Positions 24,549 through 35,610 of a stretch of DNA of 64,000 nucleotides are shown one piece after another. How positions within the stretch are numbered: position 1 is the stretch's first letter; the number at the start of each line of letters is the position of its first letter. Origin of the DNA: Scyliorhinus canicula (Eukaryota). The stretch is from positions 248,001 through 312,000 of the forward strand of contig NW_024055820.1 of assembly GCF_902713615.1 (NCBI RefSeq), written 5' to 3'. The position numbers and the translations under genes are program-made. The notes beneath the pieces were generated by a model, which was not told where the DNA came from, ran no database searches, and saw only the letters and a list, made by a program, of their open reading frames with translations.

Positions 24549-26374
24549 AAAACACAATGTTCACAATCCTCCAGTTGAACACATAAAACGGCTTGCAGAC
24601 TATCTATGTACTTGCAAAGAGCACACGGAGGCAAATGGTCAAAGATAGCAAGAGAAAAGAAAGAAACGTATCAATAAGGAACGACATTTTATCGATACGA
24701 AACGAAATCGGCTTTATTTGCCCTATCAAACAGTTTCAGGGCAGGGACTATACATATATTACACAACAAAATATCTCCCTCCTCACTGCCCAATCAGTAG
24801 CGCACACGTCTTAGTTACCTAATAAAGTTCCACTGCACTGTCCCATAAAATACTTCAATGGCAGATAGAGCAGGAAACAGCTGCAGGGAAATTCTGCCTC
24901 TGCATTCAGCGGCAAAAACTGCCAGGGCAGCTACAAGGAGGCCGAATACTGTTTCGACGAGCTCTGATTTTGTGTGAAATTGAGAGAAATGTAATTGCAA
25001 TTTTTAAAAAAACTGTGAAATTATATTTGATTCTATTAAATAACACGGTTCACATTTAATTATGTTTGTTGAAGATTTTTACTTGCTCGGTTAATTCAGC
25101 GGGCAGTGAAAAACCACATGTTGAGTCAGATTTAAGTCAGCCCAGTTCAGAGTGACAGATTTCCTTCCATAAAGGGCACAAATGAATCAGTTAGGCGTTT
25201 ATGGACATAAAGGTGACAGTTTCACGATTGCAATCACTGAATTTAGCTTCCTATTTCAAATTTCATTCGACTAACTTAGTGGCATGATTACTACGGCACC
25301 AAAACCACAGACTGGGTGGCTTTTTCCCTTGTCTTACTGCATTGTAGTACACAGCAACATCTGACTATTAAACCAATAAGAATGCTGGAGCTTTGTCCAG
25401 GTGCACACATACTTCAAACCACTGAATGTTATCTCTGAATGACAGGAGGGACAATCGGGAACTCATTTGGAGACCTGTCTGTTTCAGAATACAGATTTTG
25501 TAAAGGCGATCGAGATGTGGTGATAAAGTGAAATGCTTTGTCCAAAAGGTCCCCGACAACACGAAATCCGAAATCCCTCTAGCTCACAACGCAAAACTGC
25601 CAAATCAGGAACAAAACAAATATAATTATATATGGAAGGATAATTAAATAAAGTATTCGTGGATAAGGGAATAATAAATTAATTCACTTATCTCGGTGTC
25701 GTTCTATTATTTGTCCATTTGCTAATCTGTCTATCTGGATATTGTCAGTGTATCTATCTCCCGCTGCCCAGTCAGGTTAATCATCAGAACCACATATACC
25801 TATCACTACTACTGGTGTTTTCATCCGTCAAGATTTAAACCGCTTGTTCCTCCACCGCAGTCACCAGCTCGATTTAGGACAGTCTTTCTTACAAAGGGCC
25901 ACAGTTAACATATGAGAAACGTGGGAGAGTCTCAAAGATACGTCCTCCTAAGCTCACGAGAAGCAGATGATAATAAAAGAGGAACATCCCAATTGAATGA
26001 ATTATATCTCGGGATATTTATTTGAAATGGCAATAAAACCAGTTGTCCAGAACTCCATCTGCATTCTTACTTAATTCGCTAATGAGGTTTAAATTAAAAG
26101 ATCGCCTCACATTTGCCTTTTAACAGCCAACATTGATGTTTCACTCCGACTTGCCTGGTGTTGTTGCTGGTTAGACGTTTTCAAACTCAAAGACGATTGG
26201 TGTCTTTATATGCTGGTGGGTTTGGGTATTTTGCCTCTGTCCTCCAACCATTAGAACTCTCTTTTCCTTTGTTCCATGACATCTTTGTCATTTAATCTCT
26301 CCTATTCTCGAACCATCGCAGACCTTCCTTTTTGTTCCCGCACCCTTTTGACAGCATATAACCCATGATATGGG

Positions 26375-26700
26375 CGGCACGGTGGCGCAGTGGCGGCGTC
26401 GGGGGGCCGGGTTCGATTCCGCCTTGGGTGACTGTGCAGGGTCTGCGCGTTCTCTCCGTGTCTGCGTCGGTTTCCTCCGGGTGCTCAGTTTTCCTCCCGC
26501 CGTCCGGGGATGTGCAGGTCGGGTGGATTGGCCGTGCTAAATTGCCCCTTAGTGGTTAAAGGTTAGATGGGGTTATTGGGTTTCGGGGATGGTGTGGTGG
26601 CATGGGACTTGATGGTGTGCTCTTTCAGGTGGTCGGTGCAGACGCGATGGGCCAATTGGCCTCCTTCTCCGCTGTAGGAATTCTGTTCTATAATTTTTAC
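26375..26700 (+). mobile_element. HE1-like SINE
   Basis: gggcggcacggtggcgcagtgg..gggttcgattcc..gtttcctcc..aaattgcccct.. Confidence 0.8.
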
Positions 26701-27519
26701 CTTCCTTCATTTCTGAAGAAAAGTCGTATTCAATGTGAAATGTTATCAGTTTCTCCCTCCACAGATGCTGTCAGACCTGCTAAGTATTTCCAGCTTTCTG
26801 TTTTTATTTCAGACTTCCAGCATTCACGATATTTTGCTTTTATTAATTGCACTTTACTCTGCTTCTGTACTTGTTACAGCAATCTTTACTGTGGGTCAAC
26901 GGCATCAGTAATTCTTCTCTCCCAGCAAAGATAACAATGGCCCTCCAGTCAGCTATGACTCAGTAGGTAGCACTTTTACTTCTGAATTAGCAGGTCATGG
27001 GTTTATACTCCAGTCTATAGACATGAGCACAAAATTAACCATTGGAGGCATCATCGTTCAGATGATATGGTAAAATAAACTTGCAGGTGGATGTAAAGCT
27101 GCTCATAGCCTTCTCGCCCTCTCACCTCTGGTGTATTACAGGAGGCTCACCGTATTCATTCCAAGTCCACTCAGTCAACAGCAGCAGCTTTGCCAATGAT
27201 TGATGCCGTAACCTGCGTGCAGATTCATCCTGTGTCTGTTGCATTACAGAGCCATTCACTGACAGACATGGAGAGACTGAGAAATGTTCAATTGCTTCCC
27301 GTAACAGCTGATTGTACAGTTGACATATGCTCAGCTCAGTGGTATTCCCTGAAATTAGAATTTGCACCAGCAGACCACATACCAACTGTATAAGTATTGG
27401 TTACAGCAACCGGATGGGAATTTTTATCATTTATTGACAAGTTGAGATAAGCCAAACATTGCTGTTTGGTTGAGAAGAAGGTGAATTTTCAATCAGCTTT
27501 AAACAAAGGTTCTACTTGT

Positions 27520-28713
27520 AGCTACTTGCAGCTGGAGCTTGTTAATTAGTTAATTGGATTAGGTCAGTTTTCAGAGGCTCGAGTCACAGTATAAATCTGA
27601 GCTAGTTACAGTGCAGACGAGGGCTGAATTTGGGTGCATTTGAGTGCTCTCGTGAGAGTTTGATAACTAAGGGAGTTAGGTGAGGAGGTAGTCAGCTGCT
27701 CCTTTCATTTAATTTCCTACATTTTCTCAGAACGTGAAGGGAGCCCGGAGTTTACAGAGAGTGTAGCTGACTGGAGACAGAGTCGGAGGGCGGAGTTCCA
27801 GTTGGTCCACAGTGCAGCTGTATTCTGTAAGGTAAGAGGGGATGGAGGCTAGGGCAGTTGCGTGCTCCCCCTGTAGGATGTGGGTGGTGAGGGATACCAC
27901 CGGTGTCCCCGATGACTAAACGTGCGGGAAGTGCACCCAACTCCAGCTCCTCAGACGCTGTGTTAGGGAACTGGAGCTGGAGCTGGATGAACTTCGGATC
28001 ATCTGGGGTGTCTAGGGGGTAATAGAGAAGAGTTAGAACATAGAACATAGAACATAGAACAGTACAGCACAGAACAGGCCCTTCGGCCCTCAATGTTGTG
28101 CCGAGCCATGATCACCCTACTCAAACTCACGTATCCACCCTATACCCGTAACCCAACAACCCCCCCCCCCCCCCCCTTAACCTTACTTTTTTATTAGGAC
28201 ACTACGGGCAATTTAGGATGGCCAATCCACCTAACCCGCACATCTTTGGACTGTGGGAGGAAACCGGAGCACCCGGAGGAAACCCACGCACACAGGGGGA
28301 GGACGTGCAGACTCCACATAGACAGTGACCCAGCCGGGAATCGAACCTGGGACCCTGGAGCTGTGAAGCATTTGTGCTAACCACCATGCTACCCTGCTGC
28401 CCTTACAGGGATGTAGCCACACCCAAGGTACAGGATAAGAGTAGCTGGGTTACAGTCAGGGGAAAGGAAACAAACGGGCAGACAGTGCAGGGATCCCTCG
28501 TGGCTGTTCCCCTTCAAATCAAGTATAACGTTTTGGATGCTGTTTGGGGTGGATGGCCTACCGGGGGAAGGCCCTAGCGGCCAGGTCTCTGGCACTGAGT
28601 CTGGCTCAGGGGCTCAGAAGGGAAGGTGGGAGAATACAAAAGCAATAGTGACAGGAGACTCAATGGGTAGGGGAACAGGAGATTCTGCGGTCGCGAGCGA
28701 GACTCCCGGAAGG
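27520..28713 (+). mobile_element. 5' part of a CR1-type LINE (5' UTR, ORF1 zinc finger/leucine zipper, start of the esterase domain); host of the provirus
   Basis: MEARAVACSPCRMW..TCGKCTQLQLL..ELELELDELRII; ..AIVTGDSMGRGT.. breaks off at the LTR. Confidence 0.85.
28034..28402 (-). mobile_element. HE1-like SINE with (TAGAACA)n tail nested in CR1 ORF1
   Basis: Near-identical to the SINE at 18690-19024. Confidence 0.88.
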
Positions 28714-29667
28714 TGTTGCACGTTTTGCTATGAGTGTAAAACGCGTTTATTGGGGTGTATTAACTTCCAAGTGCTTAACACCACTAGGCTCTGTCTTATG
28801 TATTTTTCAGCTTAGGAGTCGCCAGTTGCCATATAGACAACTCACATATATTCCAAGGTCAAGTTCAAAGTAATAAAACGATACACCGATTAGTAAGTTC
28901 CAAACGATCAGTATTTATTATACAATTATAATAAATACGCATACACACACTAAGGGACTAAGCTATGACTAGACTAAGCAAACAGAATACTTATCTAACA
29001 GGAACAGGCAAGGTCAGGGAGCGAGGCCTTCGTCCCGGTCTTGGGCTGCAACCTTCAGAAAGCGTGCTGGTCACTGGGGGTCTAGCGGGCTTGGTTCACG
29101 TAGCGAGCGTCGTACTGGCACTTACGGTTCGGCGGCTGGTGCTCAACGGCTGGAGTCAGGATACAGCTTCAAGGTCTTGGTCAGGGCCGGAGCACGAAAC
29201 AACAGACAGGACCATGTGTGGGGGTCTATATTTAAAGGGGTCCTCAATGTCCTTCCCTCTTCTTGGGCGGACTTTACCTCTGGTTATCTATTGGGTCAAT
29301 TCCTCATCGATACTGTTTGAATTCCCCAATGCGAGGGGGTCTCCGTGATGGGGGGGGCGTTTCTTATGCCCTTTTGTTTGGAGGTTTCTGGTGCCTCGAT
29401 GTCTGGGCCTTGGTTCAAAATGTGTCCATTCAGAGTCAAATGTTTCTATTGTGTGGGTGTTCAGGTCTGATTGCCTCATTAGTATGCAAAGCGTTTTGCC
29501 ATTTGCACCTAACTAAGGTCTTCTCACCTGAGCCCAAACTGGTTTCTGCTACTTGCAGAATGCAAAATGCTCTCTTTGCAGACTGCTGTTTTGGCCAAAC
29601 TGCCTTTTTCCCTGCAGTCTTAGCGCTTGCTTACTTTGCAGCTCAGCGTCCATTTTAGGTGGCTACA
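28714..29667 (-). repeat. 3' LTR (954 bp)
   Basis: TGTAGCC..TGCAACA; about a dozen substitutions and 2 single-base indels versus the 5' LTR by eye; AATAAA at 28746-28751. Confidence 0.95.
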
Positions 29668-29800
29668 TTCCCTCCTTGTGATCCTCACAATCAAAATATT
29701 GTGAAGGATCACCTATGTACGTTGCCTTGAGTGCATCTGGGTTGCCTTCTTTGTGTTCCCTGACCTCGGCAAGCTCCTGAGCGTCTACTCTGTCCTTAAA
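29663..29800 (-). CDS. Putative spliced terminal exon of an accessory protein (45 codons, no ATG at its start)
   Basis: Acceptor aattttcttcccatag|TTT AAG GAC..; FKDRVDAQELAEVREHKEGNPDALKATYIGDPSQYFDCEDHKEGM*; the stop falls within the first LTR bases. Confidence 0.35.
   Translation of the reverse strand, partial: FKDRVDAQELAEVREHKEGNPDALKATYIGDPSQYFDCEDHKEGM
29668..29677 (-). promoter_or_regulatory. Polypurine tract
   Basis: AAGGAGGGAA directly abutting the 3' LTR on the sense strand. Confidence 0.8.
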
Positions 29801-30038
29801 CTATGGGAAGAAAATTTTTTAACTGACATCTCTACTTGGCGCTATGTCAAAGGGGACATGCATTACCACAAACTGGGAACCTCTACCTATCACAATTATC
29901 CTTAACTTAACTTAAACATTTCCTTACAGACTAAACCTCATCCATTCATACCACATCACATAACATTTCCTGACTCGGCAGTCGAGTTCAGGACAATATA
30001 ATACATGGGTATAATTTTTCATTTTATTGCACAGTACT

Positions 30039-30380
30039 TTATTCATCATGGGGCAAAGGGGATTGATGAAATCGGAAAATAGGAGATCGAACTCCATAGA
30101 CGGAGGGGCAGGAACGGGAGGCTCTCCTCTTCCACTTCCTCAACCTGAGGGTCTGTACAAGTATGGCGAGGATCGCAATCACTAGCAGTGATTCAATCAC
30201 GTATGACATGGAGTACCATGTCATAAATTTTGTGCACCAGGTCTGAACCTCACTGATCAGAGCTGAGCACTGGGGAGTTGCTGTAAGGGAAACATTTACG
30301 GTGGGGGTTGTGGGGGAAACGTGTCTTGCTTCCACACATACAAATATAACATGTAAAAGCAATAGGTGAGCTTTCATCAT
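30039..30380 (-). CDS. 113-aa type-I membrane microprotein in the env position
   Basis: Signal peptide MMKAHLLLLHVIFVCVEA, N-glycosylation sequon NVS, TM YVIESLLVIAILAILVQTL, basic RLRKWKRR; upstream acceptor gtccatacag| at 30411/30410 followed by a GAAGAA-rich stretch. Confidence 0.65.
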   Translation of the reverse strand: MMKAHLLLLHVIFVCVEARHVSPTTPTVNVSLTATPQCSALISEVQTWCTKFMTWYSMSYVIESLLVIAILAILVQTLRLRKWKRRASRSCPSVYGVRSPIFRFHQSPLPHDE

Positions 30381-31373
30381 CTTCAACTTGTTCTTCCTTC
30401 TTTCTTCCTCCTGTATGGACAATCCTTGCTTCGATCCCTGTCTCGTCCTTCGAAAGCTATGGGATCAAGCACAGTATCTGTCAATACACAGTTTAAGATC
30501 TTTACCTGTTAGTGCATCTGTCTTTTAAATTCCAATTGACCCTTTAAAAATGACTGGCCAAGTCACACCCTGTGACTCCCCTCATTTTTTTTTTTTCAAA
30601 AGCGAATTTGAAGACCAGAATACACCTAACAATCCTTCTCCTGCGAGCCGTCTCGCAGGCTTAGCTAGTTTACCATCCGAATGTTCCCGGATGTAAATAG
30701 CATGTGGGATGGCGGCCTAAGGGCTGCCTAACGAAAAATGAAAACAAAATTTTGAAAGAAACGTCCGAATGAGTTGCGTATGGGCCGCGACGGGTACGAG
30801 TTGGATGGGATCCCCGGGTAGGGCGTGCTGTGCCATACCCGAGCTTGGCTGACCAAAGTGGGTTCTCAGACAGGGCGGGTCCTCAGTGCCGTTTGTCCAC
30901 TGCCTGAGTAACCTGGAGTAAACGGGTAAAAATGTGGTCACCGTGACTTGCAGCCTCTATTCGCCGAATAGAGGGGCACCTAAAAACAAGGGAGCCAAGA
31001 TGCTCCTTCATCTGAAAACAGGGAACAAGTCGTGAACCATGTCGGTTCACCAGAGGATACAACTGAAGTCCTCAGAGGTTTCGGCAGAGAAACTAAAGTG
31101 CGTGTAAGGTGGTCACAAGCCTTACAACTTGAAAAGATCTCCAATCAAACGGGTTTGGGAACTGAAGTTCTCAAAGGTATCGGCGGACAAGCTAACGTGT
31201 GTGTGAGGTGGTCACAATCTTTTCAGCTGAAAAGAAGATGTCCATCCTCCAGCTGAACCATTTACAGTACTGAGACAAAACAAACATAAAACGAAGACAA
31301 ACAAACGTGCAGGTTCCATCAGAAAGGACATCGTTTCCCTCAAACGATTCCTATTTTACATCATCTGGACACC

Positions 31374-33143
31374 TCACTTTTCCTCTGTCTCTGTGAACAG
31401 GGTCACAAAGGGGTTGCCGTATCGGGATTCAGACACCGTGTCGTCCTGCTCTCCCGGATCCCACACCCTTGTGTGGATCAGGCATGATATCTTGGAATTG
31501 TGTGACCGGGGGTCACTTTCATCGTTGCGGACAAGTCGGTACGAATTGTCCCTGTGCCATAGTGTTGGGTCCAAAAGTGAATGGGTATTGTCGGGGTCGT
31601 CGGGGTCGGGTGGTGGGTCTGGGTTTTTAATGTAAGTGACTTCCATGGGGTCACTGTAGTCGGGGTCATAGTCGCTGCTATGTGGGCTGTAGTGTGGTGT
31701 GCTGTGGCTGTCCTCAGAGTCAGTGTCTGCATCGCTGTCTCTGCCGCGGCAGCTTGTGGGCGTTTCGGGGCGTGGTCTGTTGTGGTCGGTGGGCGGAGTC
31801 GTAGGCGAGTCCGATGAAGAACTGGTCTGTGAGGGGGATGGTGGAAACGTGTCTCTCGTGGGTGGGGGAAGGTGTTCTGCTGCATCTAGCAGGACATGGT
31901 GTGCATGGTTGGCCTGTGTTCCATATGCCTTTAACTGGTTGATATGGAACCACGCGGTCTTACCATTAGGATATTTTATCCTATAAACTGAGGGGCTAAT
32001 TTTATCCGAAATTGAGTATGGGCCGGAATATTTTGGAGCCAAAAAACTGCTGGGGTTGTAAACAGATAACATTACCTGTTGCCCAACCTGGAATTCTGTG
32101 GGGTGTACGGTCTTATTAAAACAAGCTGTGCGTTGTTTACGGCGTTTCCCTCGCTGAACTGCGGCTGCAATCTGTGCAGACCTCACAGTCTCAACCAAGT
32201 CTTTAACCGTCTTTTCGTGTGTGAGGGCCGTCACTTCGGGGCTGGTCATGTCCAGTCCTAAAAGGAATTCTGTACCTTTCATAGGGCGTCCGGTCATGAG
32301 TGTGTGTGGTGTGTATCCTGTGGAAGTGGAAACAGTGTTCCTTATGAACATGAGTGCAAATGGGAGCACTGAATCCCATGTCGAATTGTTCTCCTGTACC
32401 ATTTTCCTAAGGGTAGTTTTTAGGGTCCGATTCATGCGCTCCACAATCCCGCTGGACTGTGGATGATACGCAATGTGGAAATTTTGTTTTATGCCGAATA
32501 TTGTCAGGACGTTCTTCATGACCCGTCCTGTGAAGTGAGATCCCTGGTCCGAATCAATACTTCGGGGTAAACCCCATCTCGTGAAGATGTGGTGGGTCAG
32601 GATCTTTGCAGCTGTCTTAGCTGTATTTGTTCTAGAGGGGAAGGCCTCTACCCATTTGGTAAAGGTATCGATGACCACCAGAACGTATTTATAGCCATTC
32701 CTACAAGGGGGCAATGGTCCTATAAAATCGATCTGGAGGTTTGTCCAGGGGCCGTTAACTGGTCGAGTATGCCGAAGTTGTGCCTTTTTAGAATACCTCT
32801 CCGGGTTATTCTGAGCACAAATAAGGCAATTCTCAATATAATGCGTTACATCAGTCCTGAGATTAGGCCACCAACAGAGCTGCCTGAGGTGCCTCGTGGT
32901 TGCATCAATTCCCTGGTGCCCGTGGTTATCATGAAATAAAGCAATCATTGCATTCCTGTCCTGCTGCGGGACCACATAAAGTTGTTCCTTTATGATCACA
33001 CCCTCATGTGTGGTCAGTGCGTGTTTAAATCTCTCGTACTCTGGCACAAAGTTGCCTTTGAAAACCTCCCTGAGATCCTCATCCTGCTTCTGTGCTGCTA
33101 CAAGATCTTTAATATCTGTCTGTGAGATTTGGACTGCGCTCAC
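31374..33143 (-). CDS. pol: Integrase region of pol with a long S/P/D-rich C-terminal tail
   Basis: HHCC (FHDNHGH..CLIC), D-D-E core (QIDFIG, SDQG, ERMN), GPY/F motif (KYSGPY). Confidence 0.92.
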   Translation of the reverse strand: MSAVQISQTDIKDLVAAQKQDEDLREVFKGNFVPEYERFKHALTTHEGVIIKEQLYVVPQQDRNAMIALFHDNHGHQGIDATTRHLRQLCWWPNLRTDVTHYIENCLICAQNNPERYSKKAQLRHTRPVNGPWTNLQIDFIGPLPPCRNGYKYVLVVIDTFTKWVEAFPSRTNTAKTAAKILTHHIFTRWGLPRSIDSDQGSHFTGRVMKNVLTIFGIKQNFHIAYHPQSSGIVERMNRTLKTTLRKMVQENNSTWDSVLPFALMFIRNTVSTSTGYTPHTLMTGRPMKGTEFLLGLDMTSPEVTALTHEKTVKDLVETVRSAQIAAAVQRGKRRKQRTACFNKTVHPTEFQVGQQVMLSVYNPSSFLAPKYSGPYSISDKISPSVYRIKYPNGKTAWFHINQLKAYGTQANHAHHVLLDAAEHLPPPTRDTFPPSPSQTSSSSDSPTTPPTDHNRPRPETPTSCRGRDSDADTDSEDSHSTPHYSPHSSDYDPDYSDPMEVTYIKNPDPPPDPDDPDNTHSLLDPTLWHRDNSYRLVRNDESDPRSHNSKISCLIHTRVWDPGEQDDTVSESRYGNPFVTLFTETEEK

Positions 33144-33912
33144 AGGGGCGCTAGCTGGTGCGCTAGCTGGGGGGGTCCATAAGTGTCCTCGCCTGGAACC
33201 TGCCTTAGCCAGTGCGTCGGCTTTTACATTCCCAGGGGGGGGATGACCTATGGTGACTTCTTACCTTTATTATTCCGAAGGTCCTGTCCTTCGCTTTTTC
33301 TAAAATATGCTGGAGTAGAGGGGCTGATGGAAGGGGTTTCCCGTCTGCGGAGACAAAACCTCGTGTCCTCTACAGGGGCAGAAAATCGGTTAAACTGTTA
33401 CAGACATATAAGCTGTCTGAATATATGTCTGCTGGGCTGGGGAAAGAATCGGGGTGGTCCACTATATACGCTATGGCCGCGAGCTCTGCTGCCTGCGCAC
33501 CTAAGTGTCCAGGTAGTTTTAAAGCTATCTCTTCGAGAGCGCGCCCCTGCGCGTCCTCTACATAGATGCCGCATCCTGTGATACGCTCACCTTCTAAAAC
33601 TGTGGATGAACCGTCTACGTAAATCCTCAGTGGTCCACACGTGTCGGTGGGTTGGGGACTTTGTCTTGGGTTCCCTATCTTCCTGGGGGGTGTCTTTGCT
33701 ATAAAGGGTCCTGTGTTATGTAGGGGGGCTACAATTTCACATTCATGGGGCTGTCCTGGGTATTGGAGGTTGTCGGCTAAAAATGTGTGTGTGCGGGTCC
33801 GTTTTACTGTAATGTCCCGTCCTTGTAAAAGTAGTGTCCACCTCGCTGCCCTAATCTGGCTAACTGAACCGTCCTTCAGTCGACCGTCTAGGAGTAACTG
33901 TGTGGGGGTGTG
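33144..33912 (-). pseudogene. pol: End of the tether domain plus a retroviral-type RNase H of pol (1 nonsense codon, 1 frameshift)
   Basis: HTPTQLLLDGRL..RWTLLLQG..IYVDGS..AQAAELAAI..IYSDSLYV..L*R(33372-33370)..KVRSH..GNVKADALAK; extra C in the homopolymer at 33235-33242. Confidence 0.88.
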
Positions 33913-35610
33913 CTAGGTCAAAATGGTGGTGGGGTTGAGTCCGGTAATGTATGAGAAGTATTGTACTGCCCAGAAGACAGCAAGGAGGTGCCTCTCACAG
34001 GCAGAGAATCCTTGTTCTACCGGGTCTAACAGTCGGGAGGCATAAGCCACTGGTCTTAGCTGCTCGTGCCGTTCCTGAAGCAACATGGCCGAGAGGGTCA
34101 GATCGGTGCTCGCTACCTCTATTGCATAGGGGGAAAGTTGGTCTGGGACTAGCAGCGCGGGTGCTGCGCTAAGGGCTTTCTTTAACTCCTCCACAGCCTC
34201 TGTATGCTGCGGAAGCCATTCCCAGGGGGCTCCTTTCTTAAGGAGGTCTGAGAGTGGGGCGGCTTTTGTCGCGAATCCGTCGATGTGGTTCCGACAATAG
34301 CCAACCAGTCCTAAAAACGACCGGAGGGCCGAAACATTTTGGAGAAGGGGCAATTTGACAATCGAATCAATTCTTTTGAATTCGATCTCGCGTTTGCCGT
34401 GTGTGATGACTGTTCCCAAATACATCACTTTATTTTCCAAAATCTGGGCCTTTCTTGGGTTAACTTTACATCCAATTGAAGTCAACAGTTCCAGGAGTTC
34501 GGCCAGAAGCGTAACGTGCTCTGCCTTTGTGTCTGTCTGCAGTAGTAGGTCGTCTACATACTGTACCAGACATTCGGGGCGGGAGAATTTCTCTAAACCA
34601 CTTGCCAGCTGTCGGTGGAAAATGGAGGGGGAATTGTGGAATCCTTGTGGGAGGCATGTCCACGTATACTGCTGTGATTTGAAGGTGAAGGCAAATTTGT
34701 ACTGGCACGCTTTTGCCAATGGTATTGACCAGAATCCGTTACTGATGTCCAATACCGTGAAGTATTTGGAGTTGAGTCCCTGCTTGAGCATGGTCTCGGG
34801 ACTAGTAGCTACCGTTGGGGCTACTGCGGGGGTTACTTTGTTGAGTTCCCGATAATCGATGGTCAGACGCCATGATCCATCGGGCTTCCTCACTGGCCAA
34901 ATAGGGGCATTATTGGTCGAGGCTACCGTTCTGAGCACACCTTGCTCCAATAAGCTTCCTATCACCTTTTCTATTTCCACCTCTGCTTCCAGGGGAAATC
35001 TATACTGTTTCTGTGGTCGGGGGTCCTGTCCGGTAACGTGAACTGGTCCAGTCATTCTGCCACAGTCATGACGGTGACTGGCAAATGCTGTCCTGTGTTT
35101 GTTCAGTAGGGCTTTTATTTGTCTGTCGGTGTGGAGTGTAGTCAGGTCAAATGAGTACTCTCCCACTGCGCTAATCCGATTAGCGTAGTCTCCTACTGTG
35201 AGCGTGGCGGGTGCTCTGTCTGATCTAGCCATTCGCCAGACACACTGGTTCACTGGGTCGAATGACAAGCTATGAGCGTTCATAAAATCTATCCCCAGGA
35301 TGTGTTCTGCTGTCCGGGGAAGATTTACTAAAACTACGGGGTGTCTTGTGGAAATGTTCCCTAGCTGGATTGCTACGGGTGCCGTAATGTGTCCCTGCTG
35401 CGAGTGTCCTGTGAACCCGCTAAGTGTAATGGTGGATGTGGTCGGCCACGTGTCTGCGTGTGCCGTGGTCGTAGAGTTAATGGTGGTGCGGGACCCTCCT
35501 GTGTCCCAAAGTAACTCTATGGGCTTCCCTTTTACTCTCGCTGTGACTACGGGTCTCCCTGATGGATCCCATAGTGTGTCACAGACCCAAGTGGGGGAGC
35601 CCGAACACCG
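33913..35610 (-). CDS. pol: Protease, RT and degenerate RNase H (tether) of pol; ends at a premature TAG (likely GAG>TAG)
   Basis: LLWDTGGS (aspartic protease), LDISNGFW, LPQGFHNSP, YVDD; tether IEVAS..RPVAYASR..ERHLLAV..; in frame with gag across a single TGA. Confidence 0.92.
   Translation of the reverse strand, partial: RCSGSPTWVCDTLWDPSGRPVVTARVKGKPIELLWDTGGSRTTINSTTTAHADTWPTTSTITLSGFTGHSQQGHITAPVAIQLGNISTRHPVVLVNLPRTAEHILGIDFMNAHSLSFDPVNQCVWRMARSDRAPATLTVGDYANRISAVGEYSFDLTTLHTDRQIKALLNKHRTAFASHRHDCGRMTGPVHVTGQDPRPQKQYRFPLEAEVEIEKVIGSLLEQGVLRTVASTNNAPIWPVRKPDGSWRLTIDYRELNKVTPAVAPTVATSPETMLKQGLNSKYFTVLDISNGFWSIPLAKACQYKFAFTFKSQQYTWTCLPQGFHNSPSIFHRQLASGLEKFSRPECLVQYVDDLLLQTDTKAEHVTLLAELLELLTSIGCKVNPRKAQILENKVMYLGTVITHGKREIEFKRIDSIVKLPLLQNVSALRSFLGLVGYCRNHIDGFATKAAPLSDLLKKGAPWEWLPQHTEAVEELKKALSAAPALLVPDQLSPYAIEVASTDLTLSAMLLQERHEQLRPVAYASRLLDPVEQGFSACERHLLAVFWAVQYFSYITGLNPTTILT

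Noticed and set aside
24819-24963. 145-nt segment on - with acceptor and donor (possible 5' UTR exon of the GPCR)
   Set aside because: Plausible splice signals only; no homology or expression evidence.
28965-29658. + strand ORFs in the LTRs (also 37946-38786)
   Set aside because: Antisense LTR frames whose lengths differ between the two LTRs because of single indels; no protein features.
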